Assembly (NCBI GenBank): GCA_963805975.1
Contig: CAWDVR010000001.1
Location: 160,001-224,000 of the forward strand
Length of the DNA stretch: 64,000 bases
Direction: 5' to 3'
Origin: an uncultured Acidobacteriota bacterium
Lineage (GTDB): Bacteria; Acidobacteriota; Thermoanaerobaculia; Multivoradales; SZUA-115
Notes under the pieces: model-generated
What the model was told of the DNA's origin: nothing
The model's input: only the letters and a program-made list of their open reading frames with translations
Databases searched by the model: none
Program-made: the position numbers and the translations under genes
Shown: piece after piece, positions 35,105-42,885 of the stretch
Layout: every line of letters starts with the position of its first letter
Position numbering within the stretch: position 1 is the first letter of the stretch

Positions 35105-36121
35105 ATGAAGGCCCCCGCGCCGCGCCCATGGGGTCGCGCGAGCCTGGCGGCGGCTGTCGCCGGGCTCGCGATGGCCTGGCTCACCGCGGCCGGCAGCCCT
35201 TCCCCCCGGCCGCCAGCCATCCCGGCCGGCGCACCCGTCACCGGGCCGCGGGTGGTGGTGCTCGGCACGGCGCAGGACGGCGGCCTGCCGCACGCCGGCT
35301 GCCACTGCCGGCGCTGCTCGACCGCTCGGCGCGATCCCGCTCTCCGCCGCAACGTGGCCTCGCTCGGCATCGTGCTGCCGAAGGAGAAGAAGCTCTTCCT
35401 CCTCGACGCCACGCCGGACCTCCCGGCCCAGTTGGAGATCCTCGGCCGCTACCGCGAGGCTCCCGCTCCCGAACGGGTGGACCGCGGCCTCCTTTCCGGC
35501 GTGCTCCTCACCCACGGGCACATGGGCCACTACCTGGGCCTCGCCCAGCTCGGCTTCGAGGTGATGCACACCCAGGGCGTGCCCGTCTACGCCACGCCGC
35601 GCCTGGCGAGCTTCCTCCGGCAGAACGGCCCGTGGGACCAGCTCGTGCGCCTGGGGGAGATCTCGCTCCGCGAGGTGCCGCCGGGCGGTACGGTCGAGCT
35701 GGGGGAGGGGGTGAGCTTCACGACGCTCGCCGTACCGCACCGCGACGAGTACTCGGACACCGTGGCCTACCTGCTGCGGGGGCCGCGCTCCTCGGTCTTC
35801 TACGTGCCGGACACGGACACCTGGGCCACCTGGCAGCGGCCCCTGCCGGAGGTGCTGGCCGGCGTGGGCGTGGCACTCCTCGACGGCACGTTCTTCTCGG
35901 GCGACGAGCTGCCGGGCCGCGATGTGACGAAGATCGGCCACCCGCTCATCACCGGCACGCTGGACCTCCTCGGGAGCCAAGTCGCGGCCGGCAAGCTCCG
36001 GGTCTTCTTCACGCACCTCAACCACTCCAACCCGGCGCTCGAGGAGGGCTCGGAGGCCCGCCGGGCGATCGAGGCTCGGGGCTTCGGGGTGCTGGCCGAC
36101 GGCCAGGAGCTGCCGCTCTGA
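35105..36121 (+). CDS. MBL-fold metallo-hydrolase, PqqB-like
   Basis: VLGTAQDGGLPHAGCHCRRC, LTHGHMGHY, VPHRDEYSDT, LDGTF, THLNHSNP. Confidence 0.85.
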   Translation: MKAPAPRPWGRASLAAAVAGLAMAWLTAAGSPSPRPPAIPAGAPVTGPRVVVLGTAQDGGLPHAGCHCRRCSTARRDPALRRNVASLGIVLPKEKKLFLLDATPDLPAQLEILGRYREAPAPERVDRGLLSGVLLTHGHMGHYLGLAQLGFEVMHTQGVPVYATPRLASFLRQNGPWDQLVRLGEISLREVPPGGTVELGEGVSFTTLAVPHRDEYSDTVAYLLRGPRSSVFYVPDTDTWATWQRPLPEVLAGVGVALLDGTFFSGDELPGRDVTKIGHPLITGTLDLLGSQVAAGKLRVFFTHLNHSNPALEEGSEARRAIEARGFGVLADGQELPL

Positions 36122-36252
36122 TAGTTCTCTGATGAAGTTATTTTTTACCCTTTTCTGTCTCCTCTCTCTCGGCCGCTGAGCACTCCTCTCTAGGAGCCGA
36201 CCGGGGGTAGCCGTGGCGGCTCGCCCGTCCGTGTCGCTCCGAGGAGACTCCC

Positions 36253-36585
36253 ATGATCCCCAAGCTGTCCCGCCTCGTAGTGTGCTCGGTGGCACTCGCC
36301 TGCCTGTTGTCAGCCGGCACCGCCCAGGCCGCGCCGGCTCGCCTCGCGAGCCCTCATGTCTTCGGCGCGGTTTGGTCACAGCTCATGGAATGGATTGACA
36401 CAGAATGGTTTAGCGCTCGAGGAGCGAAGCGGCCTGCCGATAAGGAGGGTTGCGGTATGGACCCGAACGGCCGCACCTGCCCGGCCTCCATTCCGGTCGA
36501 CCTGCCAGCGGAAGGCTGCGACATGGACCCGAACGGCAAGTGCTCGGTGCTCCACGCCGGCGCCGACATGGACCCCAACGGCTAG
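36253..36585 (+). CDS. Small secreted precursor with three G-x-x-MDPNG repeats
   Basis: GAGGAG RBS; signal peptide ending AQA; repeats EGCGMDPNG, EGCDMDPNG and AGADMDPNG, the last directly before the stop. Confidence 0.85.
   Translation: MIPKLSRLVVCSVALACLLSAGTAQAAPARLASPHVFGAVWSQLMEWIDTEWFSARGAKRPADKEGCGMDPNGRTCPASIPVDLPAEGCDMDPNGKCSVLHAGADMDPNG
36445..36582 (+). repeat. Three coding repeats with core ATGGACCCSAACGGC
   Basis: Copies at 36445-36471, 36511-36537 and 36556-36582. Confidence 0.85.
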
Positions 36586-36717
36586 GTTAGGTTCGGTCCA
36601 CTTGGACATCTCCAAGGCCGACGAGGCTCGTCGGCCATTTTCTCTCTTCATGTCACTAATTTCTCTTTTGTGGAAACTTGTTCTTGCAAGGGCTGGGGGA
36701 ATTAGTGGAGGAGGGGA

Positions 36718-38055
36718 ATGCCGAATCGACATCTCACGGCGGAGATCCTGCGCCTGGTCGCAGAGGGGAAGGTCGAAGCGCACGAGGTGATCCGTGGCCT
36801 GCTGGACCATCTGGTGGCGATCTGCCCGCCTTGCCGGCGGGCCTGGCGCGAAGTGATGGTACCCATGAGAAGCGGGGCTTCTGAGGTGGACTATGGCGCC
36901 GCCTTCGACCGGGCGCTGGCCCTCGTACGCGCTCGCGAGTCCGATCTCCTGGCAGAGAAGGAGGCTGCACCGGCCCTGGTGGCGGAGCTGGTGCAGGCGT
37001 CGGAGCCGGAGCAGGTCTATCTCCTGAGCGCGGATTCGCGCTTCCTGACCTGGGGGGTCTGCGACCTGTTGATCCACGAGAGCCACCAGGCCGCCTTCGA
37101 GGACCCGAGAGTGGCGGAAACCCTGGCCCAGCTCGCGATCTCGCTTGCCAACCGGCTGGAGCCACGGGTCTACGGCGCCGCGTTCCTGAACGACGTGAAG
37201 GCCCTCGCCTGGGCCCACCTGGCCAATGCTCGGCGCGTGGGCTCCGATCTGCGGAGCGCGGAGGAGACTCTCCGGGCGGCCGAAGAGCTGCTCTCGGTTG
37301 GCACTGGCGACGCGCTGGTCCGGGCGCAGATCCTGAACCTGCGGGCCTCCTTGCTCCGTGGCCAGCGGCGATTCGAGGATTCGCAGCAGCTTCTGGAGGA
37401 AGCGATCTCTATTTATCACCAAGCGGGGGACCGTCAGCTCGAGGGACGCATGCTGGTCATCAAGGCGATTGGTTACCGCACTGCCGGGCTGCCCGCCGGA
37501 GCGATCCCTCTCCTTCGCCGCGCATTAACGCTCTTCGCTTCGGACGCTGATGCCCGTCTCATCCTCTGCGCCGGGCACAACCTCGTCTACTGCCTGCTGG
37601 AATCCGGCCGCCGGGACGAGGCGGAAGCGCAGTTCCGGGAGCTGGCGCCGACCTACGAGCAGTTCCCGGATTTCTCCACCCGCCAGCGGCGGAGCTGGCT
37701 GCAGGGCAAGCTGGCGGTGGCCGCGGAGCGCTTCGACGAAGCCGAGGCCGCGTTCCAGGAGGTGCGCGGCGGCTACGTGGAGCGCGAGATCGGCTACGAC
37801 GCGGCGCTGGTCTCGCTCGACCTCGCCGCGCTCTACGCCGGCCTCGGGCGCGCCGACGAGGTGAAGCGGCTGGCCGAGGAGATGCTTCCCATCTTCCGCT
37901 CGCGCGACATCCACCGCGAGGCCCTGGCCGCGCTCCTCGTCTTCCAGCAGGCGGCGCGTGCCGAGGCGGTCACCGTGCGGATGGTGGAGCAGATGGCCGC
38001 CTACCTGCGCCGCGCCCGGCGCGATCCGTCGCTGCGCTTCGAGGAGCCCTCGTGA
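36718..38055 (+). CDS. Cytoplasmic tetratricopeptide-repeat protein with an N-terminal His/Cys (zf-HC2-like) motif
   Basis: GGAGG RBS; RHLT...DHLVAICPPC; repeated TPR-like helices (AWAHLANARR..DL..AE, RASLLRGQRRFE..LL..A, HNL..CLLESGR..EA, DAALVSLDLA.LY..GR). Confidence 0.85.
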   Translation: MPNRHLTAEILRLVAEGKVEAHEVIRGLLDHLVAICPPCRRAWREVMVPMRSGASEVDYGAAFDRALALVRARESDLLAEKEAAPALVAELVQASEPEQVYLLSADSRFLTWGVCDLLIHESHQAAFEDPRVAETLAQLAISLANRLEPRVYGAAFLNDVKALAWAHLANARRVGSDLRSAEETLRAAEELLSVGTGDALVRAQILNLRASLLRGQRRFEDSQQLLEEAISIYHQAGDRQLEGRMLVIKAIGYRTAGLPAGAIPLLRRALTLFASDADARLILCAGHNLVYCLLESGRRDEAEAQFRELAPTYEQFPDFSTRQRRSWLQGKLAVAAERFDEAEAAFQEVRGGYVEREIGYDAALVSLDLAALYAGLGRADEVKRLAEEMLPIFRSRDIHREALAALLVFQQAARAEAVTVRMVEQMAAYLRRARRDPSLRFEEPS

Positions 38056-38152
38056 GTCCCCGGTATAATCCCGGCGCGACGCGGCCCGCCCTCCTGACGT
38101 TTGCTAATTCACTCCGTTGCAGAGGTTTGCGGGCCGTGGAAGGAGCGGCTCC

Positions 38153-39221
38153 ATGCTCAGGCTGCGGGTGCGACCGCCGGGGAGCAAAGGCCATGTCGTC
38201 ACTCTGAAGACCTTCCCGGTGCAGATCGGCAGGGGGGCGGCGTCGAGCCTGCGGCTGGACGATCCCTTCGTCTCCCGCCTGCACGCCGAGCTGCGGCTGG
38301 CCGAGGGCGGGCCGCGGCTGTTCGACCTCGGAAGCGGCAACGGCACGTTCCTGAACGGCCTGCGGGTCGGCACCGAAGCCGGCTTGGAGCCGGGAGACCG
38401 CATCCGTCTCGGCAACACGATCCTCGAGCTGGAAACCGAAGCCGCGGAGGCACCGGCCCGCGCCACGCGGCGGACGGCCGGACCGCCGGCCTCCGACGAG
38501 GCGCTGGCGCTGGCTGCCCGCGAGATCAAGGCCCGCCTGCTGCCGCCGGCGCCGCCTGTGATCCCGGGCTACGAGCTGGCCGGCGGGAGCCAGCTCTCGG
38601 CCGCGGTGGGAGGGGAGTCCTTCCTGTTCCTGGACCTGGGTGGTGGCCGGGTGCTCCTTGCCGAGGCGGACGCCTCGGGCCTGGCGCTCGACGCGGCGCT
38701 TCTCACCGCGAGCCTGCACGCCGCCCTCTCCGCGCAGGCCGACCTGGCCTCGAACGTGGGGGACCTCGCCGGCCGGCTCAATGCCTTCCTCGGCCGCCGG
38801 GCGCCGGCCGAGCGCTTCGTCACCCTGTTCCTGGCCGTGCTCGACGCGCCGGGGCATCGCCTCAGCTACGTCAATGCCGGTCATCCCCGGCCCCTGCTGG
38901 TGCGCGCGGACGGTGCGTCTCGAAACGCTCGCGGCCGGTGGGCCGGCGCTCGGGGTCACGGCCGAGGCCCGCTTCGAGCCGGCCGAGCTGACGCTGGCAC
39001 CGGGAGACGTACTGATGGTGGCGAGCGACAGCGTGCTCGAAGCCCGGAACGGCGCCGGCGAGGAGCTTCCGGCCGACTGGCTGGCCGAGGTCGCGCGGCG
39101 CTACCGCGGAGCGCTCGCCTCCGAGCTCCAGATGCTCATCGAGCAGGAATTGGCGAGCTTCCTCGGCGCCCGGTCGCCGGCCGGCGACCGCACGCTCGTC
39201 GTGCTGCGCCGCACTCCGTGA
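38153..39221 (+). CDS. FHA domain plus SpoIIE/PP2C-like protein, apparent +1 frameshift near 38915
   Basis: FHA IGRG..VSRLHA..DLGSGNGTFLNG; PP2C region RFVTLFLAVLD..LSYVNAGHP continues in the next frame as GGPALG..LAPGDVLMVASDSV..GDRTLVVL; TATAAT at 38064. Confidence 0.8.
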
Positions 39222-39231
39222 GGCCCGAACG

Positions 39232-40248
39232 TTGAACGGCCTCTACCGCGTGCTCCGGCCGCTGCTCTTCGCGCTGCCGCCGGAGACGGCGCACGACTGG
39301 ACCTTGCGCCTGCTCGCCTTTGCGCCGCGGGCGTGGGCCAGGGTCGCCCGGCTGGCGAGCGGCGCGCCCGACCCGCGGCTCGCCCGCACGCTGGGGCCGT
39401 TACGCCTCGCCGGGCCGGTGGGCCTGGCGGCGGGGCTCGACAAGAACGGTCTGGCGATCCCTTTCTGGCCGGCGCTGGGCTTCGGCTTCGTCGAGGTGGG
39501 CACGGTGACCGCCCTGCCCCAGCCCGGCAACCCCAAGCCGCGCCTCTTCCGGCTGCCGGCGGACCGCGCATTGGTCAACCGGCTGGGCTTCAACAACCAG
39601 GGGAGCGAGGCGCTGGCAGAGAGGCTTCGTCGGCTGCGCGCCGCGGGCGGCTGGCCCGCGGTGCCGGTGGGCGTCAACGTCGGCAAGAGCCGCGCGACGC
39701 CGGTGGCCGAGGCGGTGGGGGACTACGTGACCTCGATCGGGCGTCTGGTGGGTCTGGCGGATTACTTCACGATCAACGTCTCCTCTCCCAACACGCCGGG
39801 CCTGCGGAGTCTCCAGGACGCGGCGGCGCTCTCCCGCCTGGTGCCCGCGGCGGTGGAGACGGCGGCGGGCACGCCGGTCTTCCTGAAGCTGGCGCCGGAT
39901 TTGGAGCGCGAGGCGATGGGCGAGGCGGTGGAGCTGTCGATCGCCGCCGGCATCGCCGGCTTCATCGCCACCAACACCACGGTGCGGCGCGAGGGCTTGA
40001 GCCGCAATCCGGGCGAGGAAGGCGGGCTCTCGGGCCGGCCGCTCGCGCCCCTCGCCCGGCGGGCGATCGGCCACGTGCTCGCGGCGGCGGCCGGCCGCGT
40101 GCCGGTGGTGGGAGTGGGCGGCATCGAGACGGCGGCGCAGGTGCGGGAGCTGCTGGCCGCCGGCTGCGCGGCGGTGCAGATCTACACGGCGCTGATCTAC
40201 GAAGGGCCCGGCCTGCCGGCGCGCCTCCACCGCGAGCTCCTGCGATGA
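39232..40248 (+). CDS. pyrD: Dihydroorotate dehydrogenase (quinone)
   Basis: PETAH, GLAAGLDKN, QPGNPKPRLFR, NVSSPNTPGLR, KLAPD, GGLSG. Confidence 0.96.
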   Translation: MNGLYRVLRPLLFALPPETAHDWTLRLLAFAPRAWARVARLASGAPDPRLARTLGPLRLAGPVGLAAGLDKNGLAIPFWPALGFGFVEVGTVTALPQPGNPKPRLFRLPADRALVNRLGFNNQGSEALAERLRRLRAAGGWPAVPVGVNVGKSRATPVAEAVGDYVTSIGRLVGLADYFTINVSSPNTPGLRSLQDAAALSRLVPAAVETAAGTPVFLKLAPDLEREAMGEAVELSIAAGIAGFIATNTTVRREGLSRNPGEEGGLSGRPLAPLARRAIGHVLAAAAGRVPVVGVGGIETAAQVRELLAAGCAAVQIYTALIYEGPGLPARLHRELLR

Positions 40249-40303
40249 CCAGACAACCAGAACGGCCGGCCGCTTCCGGCGCCGGAGGTATCATCCCGCG
40301 CCG

Positions 40304-41248
40304 ATGCCCCTTTCCGCCCATCTCTGGACCGTGGCCTCGCGGCTGCGCTCGCCGGGGAGCGCCCCGGAGCCCCGCGAGTGGTCGACCGTCCTCGAAGATC
40401 CGCAGATCGGCCCCGTCACCCTGACCGGCCTGCTGCGCGAGGAGGCCGAGGCCAGCGCGCTCCTCGTTTTCGTGCACGGGATCGGCGGCAGCGCCAGCTC
40501 GCGCTACGGCCTGGTGGTGGCGCGCGCCGCGTCTCTGGCCGGCCTCTCCTGCCTGCGCGTCAACCTGCGCGGCTGCGACCGTCGGGGTGGCGACTACTAC
40601 CACGCGGGGCTGTCCGGCGACCTGGGCGTGGCGCTCGCCTCGCCGGAGGCCGCGCGCTACAAGCGCGTCTATCTCCTGGGCTACTCGATGGGCGGGCACA
40701 TCGCCCTGCACTATGCCAGCACGGCGCAGGAGCTCGACCCGCGGCTGGTGGCGGTGGCCGCGGTCTGCGCGCCGCTCGATCTGGCGGCGGGGGCGCGGGC
40801 GATCGATTCACCGGGCCGCTGGCCTTATCGCCGCTACGTGCTGGGCAACCTGAAGGAGATCTATGCCGCGGTGGCGGCCACGCGGCCGGTACCGGTGCCG
40901 GTCGAGGTCGCGGCGCGCTTCACCCGGCTGCGCCAGTACGACGAGCAGGTGGTGGCGCCGCGCTGGGGCTTTTCCGGCGCCGACGACTACTATGCCCGTG
41001 CGGCCGTGGGGCCCTGGTTGAAGGATCTCGCCGTGCCGGCACTGCTGGTGGCGGGGCGGAACGACCCCATGGTGCCGCCGGCCGCCGTGCGGCCGGCGGT
41101 CGAGGCGGCGGCAGGCAAGCTCGAGGTGCGCTGGACCGCGAGTGGCGGGCACGTGGCGTTCCCGCGCGACCTCGACCTCGGGGTCGAGGCCCCGCTCGGG
41201 ATCGAAGGGCAGACCATCGGATGGCTCCGGCGGCAAGGGGGAGGTTGA
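40304..41248 (+). CDS. YheT-family alpha/beta hydrolase
   Basis: HGIGGS, NLRGC, YHAGLSGD, GYSMGG, NDPMV, GGHV. Confidence 0.88.
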   Translation: MPLSAHLWTVASRLRSPGSAPEPREWSTVLEDPQIGPVTLTGLLREEAEASALLVFVHGIGGSASSRYGLVVARAASLAGLSCLRVNLRGCDRRGGDYYHAGLSGDLGVALASPEAARYKRVYLLGYSMGGHIALHYASTAQELDPRLVAVAAVCAPLDLAAGARAIDSPGRWPYRRYVLGNLKEIYAAVAATRPVPVPVEVAARFTRLRQYDEQVVAPRWGFSGADDYYARAAVGPWLKDLAVPALLVAGRNDPMVPPAAVRPAVEAAAGKLEVRWTASGGHVAFPRDLDLGVEAPLGIEGQTIGWLRRQGGG

Positions 41249-41249
41249 G

Positions 41250-41663
41250 ATGAACACGGCACTGTTTTCCGGTTTGGGGAAGTACCAGAGCTTCGGGTTG
41301 CTCCTGCTGCGCCTGGGGCTGGGGGCGGCGTTCGTGATCCACGGCTACCCGAAGATGGCCGGCGGCCCGGAGATGTGGAAAGGCCTGGGCGCGGCCATGG
41401 GCAACCTGGGGGTCGATGCCTATCCGGTGGCCTGGGGCTTCGCCGCCGCCTTCGCCGAGCTGGGCGGCGGCATCCTGATGATCCTCGGGCTCTTCTTTCG
41501 CCCGGCGATGGTGCTGCTCTGCTTCGTGATGGTGGTGGCCTCGGTGCACCACTGGGCGAACGGCGACGGCTTCAACGTCATCCTGCGGCCGGTCGAGCTG
41601 GGCCTGGTCTTCCTCGCCCTGCTCTTCGTGGGCCCCGGCCGCTACTCGGTGGACGGGAAGTAG
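41250..41663 (+). CDS. DoxX-family membrane protein
   Basis: LLLRLGLG..FVIHGYPK, AELGGG...LGLFFR, GPGRYSVD. Confidence 0.9.
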   Translation: MNTALFSGLGKYQSFGLLLLRLGLGAAFVIHGYPKMAGGPEMWKGLGAAMGNLGVDAYPVAWGFAAAFAELGGGILMILGLFFRPAMVLLCFVMVVASVHHWANGDGFNVILRPVELGLVFLALLFVGPGRYSVDGK

Positions 41664-41674
41664 GGCTTCTGCGG

Positions 41675-42865
41675 CTACGGCGCGGGCACCCTCGACATCC
41701 CGAGGCGGCTCGGGCCGCCGGGTCCAGTGCTGCTAGGCAGGGTTTCGCTCCACACCACCAGGAAGCCGTCCACCACCGCCACGACCCGCGGCTGGACCGC
41801 CTCCACGCCGGGCGCCGAGACCGGCTTCGGCGCCTGCCACGTAGCGCCGCCGTCGAGCGAGAGGCTGGAGCGGACCTGGCGCCGGCCCCCGGCAGGGAGC
41901 GCGTCCCACACCGCCAGCAGCGCCCTGCCCTGCGCGGCGAGGTCGCCGCGGTGGGCGTCGGGATCGGGTAGGAGCCGGGGCTCGTCCCACGAGCGCCCAC
42001 CATCCTGCGAGCCGAGCGTGTAGAGGCCGGCCTTGCCTTGCACCCCTGTCCATGCCAGGGCGATGAGGTCCGAGCCGACCCTGGCCAGCGCGCCGCCGGC
42101 GTGGGGGCAGGCTTCGATCCGCCAGTCGAAGGCGCCGGCGGTGGCCAGCCGCCGCCAGGAGCCGCCGCCGTCCGTGCTCTCCGCCACTGCAAGGTCTCGT
42201 GGGTCCCTGTCGCGGTAGATCACCTCGAGCCTGCCGGAAGGCCCCGCCAGCAGGCGGTTCCAGCAGCATTCGCAGGTCTTGGAGTCGAGGGTGCGGTTGG
42301 GCTGCCAGGTGCCGCCGCCGTCCGCTGAGCGCGCCGCCCGCAGGCCCTGCTCGCCGCCGCGCGAGTCCAGCCACACGGCGTGGAAGGTGCCGCCGGCATC
42401 GGCGGCGAGGTCGGCGTAGCCGTGGCCGTCCGTGGAGCGGTCGTCGGCCGGGTTGGGGCCGGTGGTCCAGGTGCGGCCACCGTCGGAGGACCGCGCCGTG
42501 GCGAGCGGCCCGCTGCCCCAGCGCGAGGTCCCGGGCGCGGTCCACAGCGCCACCAGCGTGTTACCGGCAGCGGCCACCTGCGGGTCCGCGCCACGGTGCG
42601 GAGAGTGGAGCGGCTGGCCCGCGGTGGGCACCTCGACGGCCTGAGCCCAGGTCTTGCCGCCATCGAGCGAGCGGCGGTGCTCGAGCCGGGCGCTCTCGCT
42701 CTGGCCCAGGGCGAGGAGCAGGTCCACGGTCTCGCCCTGCGAATAGACGTCCAGGGCCAGGAGGCCGGGAGGGGCCTCGTGCTGCGCGGGACCGTGGGCG
42801 GCCGAGGCCAGGAACACGCCGCTCGCGAGCACTGGAAGGGTGAGAAGCCGGATGCGAAGTGTCAT
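41675..42865 (-). CDS. Secreted BNR/Asp-box (sialidase-like) beta-propeller protein
   Basis: Six S-x-DGG-x-T/SW Asp boxes; TCECCW and IEACPHAG motifs; signal peptide. Confidence 0.85.
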   Translation of the reverse strand: MTLRIRLLTLPVLASGVFLASAAHGPAQHEAPPGLLALDVYSQGETVDLLLALGQSESARLEHRRSLDGGKTWAQAVEVPTAGQPLHSPHRGADPQVAAAGNTLVALWTAPGTSRWGSGPLATARSSDGGRTWTTGPNPADDRSTDGHGYADLAADAGGTFHAVWLDSRGGEQGLRAARSADGGGTWQPNRTLDSKTCECCWNRLLAGPSGRLEVIYRDRDPRDLAVAESTDGGGSWRRLATAGAFDWRIEACPHAGGALARVGSDLIALAWTGVQGKAGLYTLGSQDGGRSWDEPRLLPDPDAHRGDLAAQGRALLAVWDALPAGGRRQVRSSLSLDGGATWQAPKPVSAPGVEAVQPRVVAVVDGFLVVWSETLPSSTGPGGPSRLGMSRVPAP

Positions 42866-42885
42866 GAGTTTCTCCCGCGATGTGC

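Noticed and set aside
35105-36121. PQQ biosynthesis cluster with 36253-36585 as PqqA
   Set aside because: The small ORF lacks the PqqA E-x-x-x-Y core, has a signal peptide, and pqqC/D/E are absent.
36445-36582. CRISPR-like repeats
   Set aside because: The repeats are in-frame codons with synonymous variation and unequal spacing, and there are no cas genes. No CRISPR array was seen in the window.
36670-36690. Sigma-54 promoter before the TPR gene (TGGAAACTTGTTCTTGCA)
   Set aside because: GG-to-GC spacing is 12 nt rather than the required 10.
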